From: a virus
Length of the DNA stretch: 64,000 nt
IMG/VR virus record: IMGVR_UViG_3300018059_000546
Strand: one strand, 5' to 3'
Shown here: piece by piece, positions 7,785 through 17,693 of the stretch
How the letters are laid out: every line of letters starts with the position of its first letter
How positions within the stretch are numbered: position 1 is the first letter of the stretch
Program-made: the position numbers and the translations under genes
Notes under the pieces: model-generated
Told to the model about the DNA's origin: nothing
Seen by the model: the letters and a program-made list of their open reading frames with translations, nothing else
Database searches by the model: none

Positions 7785-9542
7785 TCACTTAGTAGAGAGG
7801 CCGGCGAGCTCGAGCCAACGAGCAGTCTCCATACCCTCTGAGATGATGGGACGTTCTGAGGACGTGGTCGTTCTAGACGACGATCCCGCAGCTTTCGGCC
7901 GACGAGACACGTTTTCTCTGATCATTCCCTGATCACCATCTTCGAAAGCCTTCGTGAGACTTCCGTAGATTAGCTTCACCTCTCGCAAACTCATCGCTTC
8001 GTCAAGCCGATCAATAACCGTTACTTTTTGGTTTTTGGTCAGCCCGTCGCGTTGGAGGAGCTTATTTGCATGGATCAGCTTACTGTTGAGCAGATTAACT
8101 TCTGCCAACTGCTTGCGATAACCGTCAGCTTCCCGACGACTTTCAGCGAGCTCGGACTGGACAGCTTTATTCCTAGCAGCTGCTTCGTCCATCTTTTTCA
8201 GAGAAGGTCCGAGACGCCTGTTGGCGAGCTCTTTAATCTTCTCAAAGCGTTTCGCGGCGCGCTCAACGACTTTGCGGGCGCTCGCTTCATTCTTAGTTCC
8301 GACATGCTTAAGATACCATGCTTTCGACTCTTTCAAGTCACTAGAAGCAATAGTAAGCATACGATCGATGCTCTCGGGCTTGAGATGATTATCAGCTTGC
8401 TCACGACCTTTGTCGTCGCGCATGCGGCGGTTCTGCTGCTCTTCGACTTCGTCGCCTTCGCAGGCCTCGTCCTCTTCACCTTCGCCGAGACGTTCTAGAT
8501 CGCTATCAAGCCAGGGATCGCCCTCAGACGAGCCACCACCGAAGTTATCGAGAACTTCAGCTCCAACTCCACCCTTGGATCCGGGAGTCTTAGGAAGCTT
8601 ACCCTTCTTCGATTCCTTCACAGAGGCGATAGCTTTACGAAGCATGGGAATAGAAACTTCGACGACGGTATCGTCATGAAGAATTTCGTTCTCATCGTCA
8701 TCTGATCCTTCGCTGTCATCCGATCCTTCGCTATAGACTGATTCGCCCATACCAGGAACGGTCGGAGGGCCCGGAGGAGGCTCGCCGCCGTCCGGAGGAG
8801 CACCCATATCGTCGGTGGGGAGTCCATCTTCATCACCGAGTGGATCCTCATCTGAGATGATATCGATGTTGAGGTTTTCAAGCTCGACGTCATCGGGGAG
8901 GCCGGTAATACGAAGGGTAACATCCTTCTCTTCAGAAACGAGTTCTTTCATCTTCATCTTCGACTCCCTAAAGGAATTCAGTAATCCGTAACAGGTCTCA
9001 AGTTTCTCTTCGAGCTTGGGCTTGTTCTCGACACTGTTCTCCTGTAGATATGAATAGATATCCTCAATTTTGCGAATTGTGGTATTCAATTCGTCAGAGT
9101 TCATTGTCCGAGCGCCAGTAATGACTTCGTTTATGTTATCGTATGTTTTATAGACTTCTGCAACGATTCTATCCATCAGTGCAGGTCCAGCAAGCTTAGA
9201 GAGATGGAAAAGAGGTTCGTAAGATTCGTCCTTGACTTCGAACGACTCTTTCGTCGTTTCGTCACTTTCAGAATCGTCCCCTGCCTCTCCTCCACCAGAA
9301 CCTGACGTCTGTCCTGTTCCTGACGTTGCGCCAGTCATTTCTGGATGAGACGAACCAAGTGACCCTCCGGCGAATCCATTCTCATCAAGAGAATCTTCAT
9401 CGGTGTTTCCGGAAAGGTTTCTCTCAATGAGGTCTTTCAACTTGGGTGTGAGACTGTCGATGATAGTGTTGCGAGCATTCGCTTCCGCGACTTCACGCAA
9501 CTGCTTCATGTCATTGAGAGCTTCTTCGTAGACGGTCTTCAT
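7785..9542 (-). CDS. Prohead core scaffold protein (gp22 position)
   Basis: 585 aa, highly acidic, C-terminal coiled coil, many L/I-x-E sites, directly upstream of the capsid gene. Confidence 0.7.
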   Translation of the reverse strand: MKTVYEEALNDMKQLREVAEANARNTIIDSLTPKLKDLIERNLSGNTDEDSLDENGFAGGSLGSSHPEMTGATSGTGQTSGSGGGEAGDDSESDETTKESFEVKDESYEPLFHLSKLAGPALMDRIVAEVYKTYDNINEVITGARTMNSDELNTTIRKIEDIYSYLQENSVENKPKLEEKLETCYGLLNSFRESKMKMKELVSEEKDVTLRITGLPDDVELENLNIDIISDEDPLGDEDGLPTDDMGAPPDGGEPPPGPPTVPGMGESVYSEGSDDSEGSDDDENEILHDDTVVEVSIPMLRKAIASVKESKKGKLPKTPGSKGGVGAEVLDNFGGGSSEGDPWLDSDLERLGEGEEDEACEGDEVEEQQNRRMRDDKGREQADNHLKPESIDRMLTIASSDLKESKAWYLKHVGTKNEASARKVVERAAKRFEKIKELANRRLGPSLKKMDEAAARNKAVQSELAESRREADGYRKQLAEVNLLNSKLIHANKLLQRDGLTKNQKVTVIDRLDEAMSLREVKLIYGSLTKAFEDGDQGMIRENVSRRPKAAGSSSRTTTSSERPIISEGMETARWLELAGLSTK

Positions 9543-9562
9543 TTAAGTCCTTGCAGCCTTTG

Positions 9563-10108
9563 TCATTGAGTGCGGCCCGGCCGCATACCAGGTGTGAGAG
9601 GTGAAGGAAGTTGACTTCCTTCGAACATCTCTTTAGAAGTTACGCTAGGAACAGTCGTTCCACCAATTCCGATCTGGACACCTGGTGCGACATCTTCTGC
9701 AGTTCTGAGGAAGGGCTCCACAGGTGCAGTACTTCCAGCGCCCGAAGGATCGGGAGACGACGTGTTAGGAGACCAAGCATTTCCAGGAGCGCCGATGCCA
9801 GTACCACCAGGTCCAAAAGGCCCATCAGGGATATTCGGGGCTGAATACGCAGGATCCGGGTTCTGGAAATTGAGGTAGACACCCTTCGGGAAGAGAATAG
9901 GGTCTGCTTCCTGTTTAGCGGGGGTGAGGAATTGATTCGCACGAGCATGGATATCAGCGGCAATGGTGAGCGTCGTGGGAGTCTTGAACAGCTGGTTCAA
10001 GAGTGAGTAACGCGACGCACCTAGCGCAGGAGGAGAATTTCCACCCGTAGACAGAGGAGCGCTCGGATCAACCGGTCGGTACCTCGTGTATTTGCCTTGT
10101 CCTGCCAT
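9563..10108 (-). CDS. Pro/Gly-rich hypothetical head-module protein
   Basis: 181-aa ORF with a GAGGA Shine-Dalgarno. Confidence 0.7.
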   Translation of the reverse strand: MAGQGKYTRYRPVDPSAPLSTGGNSPPALGASRYSLLNQLFKTPTTLTIAADIHARANQFLTPAKQEADPILFPKGVYLNFQNPDPAYSAPNIPDGPFGPGGTGIGAPGNAWSPNTSSPDPSGAGSTAPVEPFLRTAEDVAPGVQIGIGGTTVPSVTSKEMFEGSQLPSPLTPGMRPGRTQ

Positions 10109-10136
10109 GTTCTTATCCTCTCCTCTAACAGTTCAA

Positions 10137-10403
10137 TTACTCAGAAATTTTGCGAATAAGCTTTTGTTTGCGCTCGTCGAGAGACTTCAACCGAAGGCGA
10201 AGTTTGGTTTCTTCAACCTTGAGTGCCTTGAGCATGTCGATGTGTGACGCGAGGGTGTCAGCGTAATCGCCGCCATCCTTAAGCTCCTTCGTCTCCTTAG
10301 CTTTATCTTCGACAGATTTCAGTTTCTTTTCTTCGTGAAGCTTCGCCATCTCTTCGAGGACGATCTTGCGGAGCATATCAGGAGTCAACGTCTTGCGATT
10401 CAT
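10137..10403 (-). CDS. Hypothetical coiled-coil head-module protein
   Basis: MNRKTLTPDMLRKIVLEEM... Confidence 0.7.
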   Translation of the reverse strand: MNRKTLTPDMLRKIVLEEMAKLHEEKKLKSVEDKAKETKELKDGGDYADTLASHIDMLKALKVEETKLRLRLKSLDERKQKLIRKISE

Positions 10404-10462
10404 CTGGTAAACCTTCCCATCCGTTAATTATGCAGTTCTAGCAAAAGGTAACGACAAGTCGC

Positions 10463-10939
10463 TCATCGGCGTGAACGAGAGGCTGCTTTTACAGCTTCGT
10501 ATGGGTCAAACCCATCGTCGTAGTCGTTATCTTGACCAACTTCCATAGGACCTGTAGATTGGGTACGGGTGATGTGAGAGTATGGATCTGTTGCCCTAGA
10601 AGGAAGCGGTGTGTCTCCGAATGTCATCTTATCCCACGTAGAAGCCATTTCTCCGAGAACTTCTCCCTGTTTTTCAGCCTGGATCGAATCTTGGTACATT
10701 TTGTCGGCGGCTCGACGTCGAGAATCGCTAAACAACGACTTCAAAGGAGTTGGAATTCCCTCAGGGAGATCGTCTTCTTGCTGTCTGGACGGAAGTGCAA
10801 CTCTTGTAGACTCTCTGACAGCTTCTTTTTGTGGAAGATGGGCACGACCCGGGTTAGTCATGGTGGTGCTTCCGTCTAACAGGATTTCAATCAGACATTC
10901 TTTGATCAATGCCTTGAAATCTTCTCTTTTGATTTTCAT
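10463..10939 (-). CDS. Hypothetical head-module protein
   Basis: MKIKREDFKALIKECLIEIL...; ATGA overlap with the deformylase gene. Confidence 0.7.
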   Translation of the reverse strand: MKIKREDFKALIKECLIEILLDGSTTMTNPGRAHLPQKEAVRESTRVALPSRQQEDDLPEGIPTPLKSLFSDSRRRAADKMYQDSIQAEKQGEVLGEMASTWDKMTFGDTPLPSRATDPYSHITRTQSTGPMEVGQDNDYDDGFDPYEAVKAASRSRR

Positions 10940-11397
10940 AGTACTTCTGTTCCTTTGTCAGCAATCGTGATGCCGTCCAAGTGGTCTACTTCATGCATGA
11001 TGATTTGGGCCTTGAGCCCGTCAGCAACTGCAATCTTATGATCTCCGGTCAACGTAGTATACGAATACCATAGAGATTTGGCGCGGTGAACTCTGAATCT
11101 ACGTCCTGGAAGAGATAAACAAGCCTCGATAACCTGTTCGAATTTCTTGCTAGTTTTTTTGATCCTGGGATTTAACATGACTAATGGTTTCGACAGAGCC
11201 GTACCAGCATGTTCATCAACAATTATGATCCTACGTAGAGAGCCGATCTGTGGGGCGGCGATGCCAACCCCTCCAGATTCAGCCAACTCTCCGAGCATTA
11301 CCTGAATGATCGCTTGAAGTTCTTCGTCTTCGAAATCTAGGACTTTGACTTCCTTCGAGCGCTCATTCAGAATAGCGTTCGGATACACAATTATCAT
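10936..11397 (-). CDS. def: Peptide deformylase
   Basis: All three motifs present: GGVGIAAPQIG, EACLS (EGCLS variant), HEVDHLDG. ATG 11397 overlaps the upstream stop. Confidence 0.92.
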   Translation of the reverse strand: MIIVYPNAILNERSKEVKVLDFEDEELQAIIQVMLGELAESGGVGIAAPQIGSLRRIIIVDEHAGTALSKPLVMLNPRIKKTSKKFEQVIEACLSLPGRRFRVHRAKSLWYSYTTLTGDHKIAVADGLKAQIIMHEVDHLDGITIADKGTEVL

Positions 11398-11798
11398 CCG
11401 ATCCCTTGCCAACCCAAGCTTCCGCTGCCGAGTGATCCTGTCAAAAGAGGCATTTGCTTCTCAGGAATTGTGGTACACCCAGCAAGAAAGCTGTAGTTCA
11501 CAGTTCCCGAATCCGCTCTAAAAAATACAGATTTGACCCTAACATCGAAAGTAACTGTACTACCAGACCTTATTAGGAAGTAGTTGTCTCCACCGTTACC
11601 ATTCACTCCGTTGAGAGTGAAACCCAAACGAAGTGTGCTAGGACCTGAGTTGTCGATTGTTATGTCTCGAGTTACGAAGGCAAAATCAATTCTTCGAGGA
11701 ACAGTATCAACAGTAAACGAAGAAGAAACTACGGGAATTCCCGAAGATTGGTATTCTGCAGTCCAGTTCCAGCCTGGTACTGGCGTATAATTTGCCAT
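11394..11798 (-). CDS. Hypothetical beta-rich putative virion protein
   Basis: 134 aa with several SGS/TGS motifs, in the head module. Confidence 0.65.
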   Translation of the reverse strand: MANYTPVPGWNWTAEYQSSGIPVVSSSFTVDTVPRRIDFAFVTRDITIDNSGPSTLRLGFTLNGVNGNGGDNYFLIRSGSTVTFDVRVKSVFFRADSGTVNYSFLAGCTTIPEKQMPLLTGSLGSGSLGWQGIG

Positions 11799-11800
11799 TT

Positions 11801-12409
11801 TTACTTGTCTCCTCGTCTAGAGGTGATATCGTTCAATATACGATCAATTCGATCAGACTTTCGAAGAACCTTACGCAGGTCTGAATCTTCGATCTTGCGT
11901 CCTTCGGTGTAGAGGAAAGCTTGCGCCGTGGAAGGTTCTTGCACGAGATCAAAGGTGATCAAAACAAAATCGTCTCCGACCACGTTGTAATCTCCTTCCT
12001 TCTTAGTAGAACCAACTCCTCTTGAAGAGATTCCAAGCTTGACGCCTCCTTCAACCAGCTCTTGCGCAATCTTGCCGCTCGGAGTGTTTAGCAGTTCAAG
12101 CACTCCAAAAACGTCGTCTCCTTCCATGCGAACTTCTCGCATGATATGAGAAACATTCTTCAGATTGATGATTGAACTATCGGGATGATCAAGCTCTCCG
12201 GTCGCTCGACTTTCAGCGATGAATTTCTGGTAGTTGCGAATCTCTCGTCCGAGAATTTCCCGAGGATAAACTCGTCCATTCTGGTTCAGAGAATCGGCAC
12301 GTTGAATGATGCCGCTGAGACGGATCTTCGCTCCTGCTTCCTTCGCTTCTTTAATCTGCTGGGGATCGTAATCCAGGGCAGTCCATTCTGTCAGTAGGTT
12401 ACGCATCAC
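11801..12409 (-). CDS. Prohead core protease (T4 gp21 family)
   Basis: NQNGRVYP, GELDHP, LGISSRGVGS, FDLVQEPS. Confidence 0.93.
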   Translation of the reverse strand: MMRNLLTEWTALDYDPQQIKEAKEAGAKIRLSGIIQRADSLNQNGRVYPREILGREIRNYQKFIAESRATGELDHPDSSIINLKNVSHIMREVRMEGDDVFGVLELLNTPSGKIAQELVEGGVKLGISSRGVGSTKKEGDYNVVGDDFVLITFDLVQEPSTAQAFLYTEGRKIEDSDLRKVLRKSDRIDRILNDITSRRGDK

Positions 12410-13293
12410 TCCTCGCTTCCAAGTTCATCATGCAGTTTAGCGCAATCCATCAGATCTACGAACCAATTCTCGTTCGTTCCCATTGCAGAGATTCCCAAGA
12501 GAGATCCATCAATGATGGTCTCCTTAAGACTGATCAATTTCTTGACCTCGTAGTCTTGGGACGACCTGTCTCGAATGTATACGTCAATTCGTTCCAGCAG
12601 TCCCTTTGTCATCTGTTCGACGATCGGAAGGAATTGGGGACATGCGCTGTCTTTTCCTCCCATGAGAATGTATTCTTTCATTATTGTGCGTTGCAGAGCT
12701 GTCAGAGAATTTCCGTACTTTTCCTCAAGTTTACGAGACATGATTCGAAGAATGAGTCGATCTTCTCCTGCATTTCCCTTCATCTCTTCGAGCTTCTTAG
12801 GAGAATCTTTTCTTTCCTGCAACCAAGTCACGATCTGATCTTCGTATTCGGCTAAGCGAATCAAATCGATATCACGAGGATCCTTCCGCCAATCATTGAT
12901 CAACGTCTGGACTGTCGCTATGGTTTTATAAAGAGGCACTGGACGATCCCAGAACAGAGGATCTTTGACCGTAGAGTGAATTTCCGTGATTAGTCTGAAT
13001 TTCTCTTCATTCAGTCTTTTCATATCGTGGGCTCGCGCAGCGCGTTTAGCCTCTGACAAGATCGATGCGGCTGTACCTGACGAGCTCACCGTCGCTTTCA
13101 CTAAAGATTCGGCCAAACGGTACTCTTTGTAGAGTTCCGTACCAGGACGATAGTGTTTCTTGATGATTCCTAAAGCTACCTTCGCCTCTGAATCTCGTCC
13201 TTCAACGAGAGCTGTGGACATCCACCGCACGAGGAATTCATAAACTAGGGCGCTGTTTCTCTTTTTTGAATGAGATTTTGACATTCGTGCCAA
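12406..13293 (-). CDS. Hypothetical protein between portal and protease
   Basis: 295-aa helical ORF, TTG start with AAGGA, TATTTA at 13319-13324. Confidence 0.75.
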   Translation of the reverse strand: MARMSKSHSKKRNSALVYEFLVRWMSTALVEGRDSEAKVALGIIKKHYRPGTELYKEYRLAESLVKATVSSSGTAASILSEAKRAARAHDMKRLNEEKFRLITEIHSTVKDPLFWDRPVPLYKTIATVQTLINDWRKDPRDIDLIRLAEYEDQIVTWLQERKDSPKKLEEMKGNAGEDRLILRIMSRKLEEKYGNSLTALQRTIMKEYILMGGKDSACPQFLPIVEQMTKGLLERIDVYIRDRSSQDYEVKKLISLKETIIDGSLLGISAMGTNENWFVDLMDCAKLHDELGSEE

Positions 13294-13348
13294 TTTCCTT
13301 CTGTAGATCTACGTCAGATAAATAGTTCAGAACACTCGAATGTACTTC

Positions 13349-16300
13349 TCATGCTTTTTCTACGATGTCAGTATCATCAAAATCATCCAAGTCGATCTCT
13401 TCAGCATTTTCGCTAAGTACTGTAGCGTTTGTAACCTTCTTAGATTCGAGCTTTGCCTTCATTCTCTCGAGAGCATGACGAAGATCCTGCGACAAACCAG
13501 GATCGTCACCATTCAAGAATGGATCGATATGAAGAGCGTATTCTTTAGTTTCAGAGACAGCTCCCAATTTAGAGAATGATTTCATGAATGACGAATCGGT
13601 CGGATCCTTCATTTCAGGAGTGTCATTTCCAGTCATACGAGACAGGTCCGGCATCCCATGCGTAGTAGAACCATCGTGTCGTCGGCGCTTTTTGTTATAT
13701 AGAAGCCTATCCAGGTGGGTCTGCACCTTGACAGGGGAGTCGTCATCCTTCATAGACAATCGAATTGGTGCATCCGTAGTATCACTCGGGTCGTCGTGCG
13801 CAAGAACAAGGTCGTTACCCCGATATTCACCCGCCGTGACAACTTCTGATCCTGCGAGCGATGGGGACCCGCTAGGGGCCCCTCCCATATCGGGAGTTCC
13901 ACCGGACAGATCTTCGCCACCAAGATCCATGCCTTCGTCCGTTTCTCCACCACCGCCAAGAGAAGCAGCTTCGCGGGCGGCAGCACCCTGAGCATCATCA
14001 AGAATCTCCTTTTCGACCTGGACAATCTCTTCTGGAGTCATTCCCATGACATTCAAACGGAGCCAATCCCTTGAAAGGAGACCTTCAGGAGACGTTCCCA
14101 TGATTTCGAACTTAGAACGAATGAGCTCAAGTTTCTGCTGCTGAGCAACAGATGAGGGATTCGACAAGCGCAGGCTAAAGTTTACTAGATCCTGATCAGA
14201 GTATCCTGCTACTGCAAGATGGACCATGGCCAACTTGTTCAATTCTGAGATGATTGTCCTTTGAATCATAGAAATCGTGCGACTAAAGCGAACATCGATC
14301 TGCGCCAGAGAAGCTTTGCTTCCTAGAGCTTCTTCGAACCCAAGGTACGCCTTTGGAACCTGCAATGCGGCGAACAACTTCTTCTGAATGTATTCGACAT
14401 CGTTAACTGTTCCAACGTTTTCTCCACCCTTAAGAGTGTCGATTCTAGTTCCGGACTCCGTTCCTCTAACTGGAAGGAAGTAGTCTTCCTCAATTGAGAG
14501 GGGTGAGTATCTTTGGTCTGTTCGTCCTGAAGCTTGATCGGACACAAGAGCTCCACGAAGGGTGGTCTTCACCTGCTCCATATAGTGACCAACCTCGTCG
14601 GGTGGGATAGCTCCAATATCGATGTAGAAGACTCTTCGTTCAGGAGAACGAGTAATCCGGTACGTAAGCATTGCATCTTCGATGAGAATCAACTGACGCC
14701 AAATGCGTCTCGCACCTTCGACGACAGATGATCCGTAAGGAAGGAACATGTCGTTACCGAGAAGGCGCATGTGCGTGACTTCCCAGTTATCCAATTCTTT
14801 GTTCTTGTCTACCCATCGAAATTTGATAGCGAACGGATCATTTGGATCGTAATTCTCGACCCTTTCGATATGATTAACAGGAATCGGAACAGCATTCACA
14901 ACCCCTAATTCTGGATCGACGTCATTGAGAAGAAATGCATCACCGTACTTGCAGAGGTTTCTAACCCACGGTCGGAGGTTGAATTCAATGTTCAAGTTGT
15001 TGTAGAAGAGATCTTCGAGGACACTTCTAATCTTACTGTTCGTAGAATAGATGTGAAGAACTCTACCCTTCTCATCACTGGAACATGTTTCATCTGCGTA
15101 CAGGTTCAAGCATGCATTTAATTCAGGAGTGTTGTGAGAAATTACAGTTGACGTCGCGAAATTCTTGTAACCGTCAACTGTTAGATCGTATAGATCGATT
15201 TCTCCATAGTATTCGACTGAAACGACCTTCATGTTCTCGTAGGTAGCGGTAAACTCTTTGTAGTTCTTGTATCCTCTGAGCTGGATGCGTTTTTCGACCT
15301 TACACCTCGAATACCCCATCTTCGCAGCGAGTTGTTTGAGGTTCATTCCCTTTTCGTAAGCTGCACAAACTGTTTCGAATGTGATGCTCTTATCGAATTT
15401 CGGATTGCTTTCTGCCTGGTTATCCCACCCACCATTTCTCCAACCGGGAGAATACGCTTTGGCGAAAGTAGAAAAATTCTTGAACCCTTTTTCTTCCAAT
15501 CTATTTCCAATTACACTTAGATGAGCATCAAGAGCTTCCTGTAGTTTGTTGATGTTGAAACCAACACGCTCGCATGTTTCGAGAATTCTTCCAAAAGTGA
15601 TGTCATGACGCTTGACAGGATTGTGGTTTTTCATGAACTCAGAATGGTTCTTTTTGAACTTATCGATCCATTCTTGGTTTTCAGGGGCCCACTTTTTTCC
15701 ATTGACGATACGAGCATGATAGGCACGATGCTCTGCATCATCCATGATGAGAAGATTACTAGGAGTGTTATCAGATTTCTTGAAGTTGATGTGATGAACA
15801 ACTTCTGTTTCTGCAACTTCCCGGCCGGCGACAAACTCAGCTACGAGATTGTGTTCAGATTGCCATCCGTTGTAACCTCTGTCAGACATCGTGTACACCC
15901 AACGATATCCAGTTGTTTCTGCTTCTTCTTTCCTAGCATACAAGTCTCTTCGATAGAACGGCATCATGGCCATCCCAGTCTTCAGTTCTCCGAGCTTACA
16001 ATAGGTTCCGTCCCGTAACATCAAACGATGTTCGAAAGATCCGATGATTTCCTGTCCATCGTCGAACGTAACTTTCCACGATTTATCTGTCGTAGTTTTT
16101 CGAGCCTGTTTTCCAAGTGTTGGAACGATATGGCCTTTCTCATGGTTATAAGCATAGACGATGAACGTTTTATCAGGATTTTTCTCACACTCCTCAGCAA
16201 GCTTTCCGATTTCTACGAACCCATCTTCGTATTCTGGAGATGCTATAAGTGTATGATATGATAGGCACATTTCCATTTCGCAATAGTCCTGATACCTCGA

Positions 16301-16507
16301 CAATCTCTCTTGAATAGAGAACGTATTGTTCGTGATCTGGTTGTACGTCGGAGTGACAGAACGCTGGAAGATCCGAGCAGCAGAGGACTTACCCCTACCC
16401 GGAACAGCGATCGAGGTGTCCACCGATACGATCTTCTTTCTGACCACAGGTCCGCTCCGAAACAATCTTGTGAGTCTCTGGAAGACATTTTCCTTATCTT
16501 GGGCCAT
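13349..16507 (-). CDS. Portal protein (T4 gp20 family) containing an intein
   Basis: LIEDAMLTYRITRSPERRVFYIDIG, EDYFLPVRG, IDTLKGG, LFAALQVP; long acidic C-terminal tail. Confidence 0.93.
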   Translation of the reverse strand: MAQDKENVFQRLTRLFRSGPVVRKKIVSVDTSIAVPGRGKSSAARIFQRSVTPTYNQITNNTFSIQERLSRYQDYCEMEMCLSYHTLIASPEYEDGFVEIGKLAEECEKNPDKTFIVYAYNHEKGHIVPTLGKQARKTTTDKSWKVTFDDGQEIIGSFEHRLMLRDGTYCKLGELKTGMAMMPFYRRDLYARKEEAETTGYRWVYTMSDRGYNGWQSEHNLVAEFVAGREVAETEVVHHINFKKSDNTPSNLLIMDDAEHRAYHARIVNGKKWAPENQEWIDKFKKNHSEFMKNHNPVKRHDITFGRILETCERVGFNINKLQEALDAHLSVIGNRLEEKGFKNFSTFAKAYSPGWRNGGWDNQAESNPKFDKSITFETVCAAYEKGMNLKQLAAKMGYSRCKVEKRIQLRGYKNYKEFTATYENMKVVSVEYYGEIDLYDLTVDGYKNFATSTVISHNTPELNACLNLYADETCSSDEKGRVLHIYSTNSKIRSVLEDLFYNNLNIEFNLRPWVRNLCKYGDAFLLNDVDPELGVVNAVPIPVNHIERVENYDPNDPFAIKFRWVDKNKELDNWEVTHMRLLGNDMFLPYGSSVVEGARRIWRQLILIEDAMLTYRITRSPERRVFYIDIGAIPPDEVGHYMEQVKTTLRGALVSDQASGRTDQRYSPLSIEEDYFLPVRGTESGTRIDTLKGGENVGTVNDVEYIQKKLFAALQVPKAYLGFEEALGSKASLAQIDVRFSRTISMIQRTIISELNKLAMVHLAVAGYSDQDLVNFSLRLSNPSSVAQQQKLELIRSKFEIMGTSPEGLLSRDWLRLNVMGMTPEEIVQVEKEILDDAQGAAAREAASLGGGGETDEGMDLGGEDLSGGTPDMGGAPSGSPSLAGSEVVTAGEYRGNDLVLAHDDPSDTTDAPIRLSMKDDDSPVKVQTHLDRLLYNKKRRRHDGSTTHGMPDLSRMTGNDTPEMKDPTDSSFMKSFSKLGAVSETKEYALHIDPFLNGDDPGLSQDLRHALERMKAKLESKKVTNATVLSENAEEIDLDDFDDTDIVEKA
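15131..16267 (-). mobile_element. Intein (379 aa) with HNH homing endonuclease, inside the portal gene
   Basis: Starts at Cys81 (EM|CLSYHTLI), has a block B-like GSFEHRLM, ends YDLTVDGYKNFATSTVISHN|T, and contains EHNLVA...VVHHINFKKSDNTPSNL. Confidence 0.9.
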
Positions 16508-16605
16508 TTTTCTTCTTACAAACTTTCTCTACAGATTAAAATAAGTAAAACGCGACCCCATCAACAAGAAAGGATCGCGTTATCTGGGTGAGAAAGCTCT
16601 TTAGT

Positions 16606-17196
16606 TTATGATTTCGAAGAACGAAGCTTGTTTGCCCACATTTCAGTGCTCTCTGTGGTCACCATCATTTTTGGTTCACCCTTTGCTTTAGCACACATAG
16701 GGCACAAACTAACTTTTTTATCATAATTGCAACCGCAAACTGGACAGTGTGTAGGATCCGAAAGAACTCTCTCAGTTCCAGTGTTCTTTGCAGCCTGCTC
16801 AGCAGTTTCCTGCACCGTGTGGTCGATCAATGCAGAATCATGACCACCCGAAGATGGCTTCGACGAAGGAGGACCACGACCATCTAGGTCCGCCCTACGA
16901 TTCGCTACGACCTCTTCTGGAGTGCTATCAAGATAGCTTAGAGGAGACTGCCACATGTCGTTGAAAAGCCCTTCCAGTGCATTTAGATGCATGGAAATGG
17001 CAGCGGAAGCTTTTCTGGAAGGCATCTGAGCTTTTTGCTTCAAACCTTCGAGTGCTTTCAGACTGGCAGAAGCGGCTTTTCCAAGCGCAACACCCATTTC
17101 GTGCATGCTCTTTGGAGATTCGACACCTTCACTGGCCTCGGCTATCTGCTTTCTGATCAAGTGTTTTAAAGAATCGATCGTCTTCTGATCCGTCAT
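16606..17196 (-). CDS. Hypothetical protein with C-terminal CxxC...CxxC zinc ribbon
   Basis: LKHLIRKQIAE at the N-terminus; CPVCG...CPMC. Confidence 0.7.
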   Translation of the reverse strand: MTDQKTIDSLKHLIRKQIAEASEGVESPKSMHEMGVALGKAASASLKALEGLKQKAQMPSRKASAAISMHLNALEGLFNDMWQSPLSYLDSTPEEVVANRRADLDGRGPPSSKPSSGGHDSALIDHTVQETAEQAAKNTGTERVLSDPTHCPVCGCNYDKKVSLCPMCAKAKGEPKMMVTTESTEMWANKLRSSKS

Positions 17197-17216
17197 TTGT
17201 GGTATAGCTCTATAGA

Positions 17217-17693
17217 TTATGTATTAGATAGCAGCGTGGCTTTTTCTTGGTGTCTATAAACACGCTCTACCCAGTCGAGGAACTTCTCTACGACATAGGC
17301 AGATTTACCTTTGTTGCACATTGCGCAACATGAGACGCAATTGCCAGAGAGATACCCTCTGTTATTATCAACATTGGACGAAAGACCGCAATAGTGACAC
17401 GGTCCAATGACCAAATTTCGAGCCTCAGTTTGGGAAAGGTTCCATTCTAGACCTCTACGAGAGGCTCCGCCCTTTGAATCACCAATCCGCCGATCGACAG
17501 CACTACGTGCAGTGCGACGACGTACAGGTCGCTTACGTTTCCTAGCTCCAATTCCGATGTTCTTTCGATGCGCTTCAGATTTTTTTCTACCCCTAAGAAC
17601 ATCACTCATCATTTGGCAATATTCAGGAGTCGATCTTCTCTTTGCTGCTTCACTAAGTTTTCGACGAGTTTCTTCAGAATGTGGTTTTCTCAC
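17217..17693 (-). CDS. NUMOD3 + HNH-type endonuclease, possibly degenerate
   Basis: HSEETRRKLS and GRKKSEAHRKNI (NUMOD3); CHYCG...NNRGYLSGNCVSCCAMCN. Confidence 0.7.
   Translation of the reverse strand: MRKPHSEETRRKLSEAAKRRSTPEYCQMMSDVLRGRKKSEAHRKNIGIGARKRKRPVRRRTARSAVDRRIGDSKGGASRRGLEWNLSQTEARNLVIGPCHYCGLSSNVDNNRGYLSGNCVSCCAMCNKGKSAYVVEKFLDWVERVYRHQEKATLLSNT

Noticed and set aside
6009-8679. Long plus-strand ORFs opposite the capsid and scaffold genes, and similar antisense ORFs elsewhere
   Set aside because: Shadow frames expected from biased codon usage; no motifs or translation signals.
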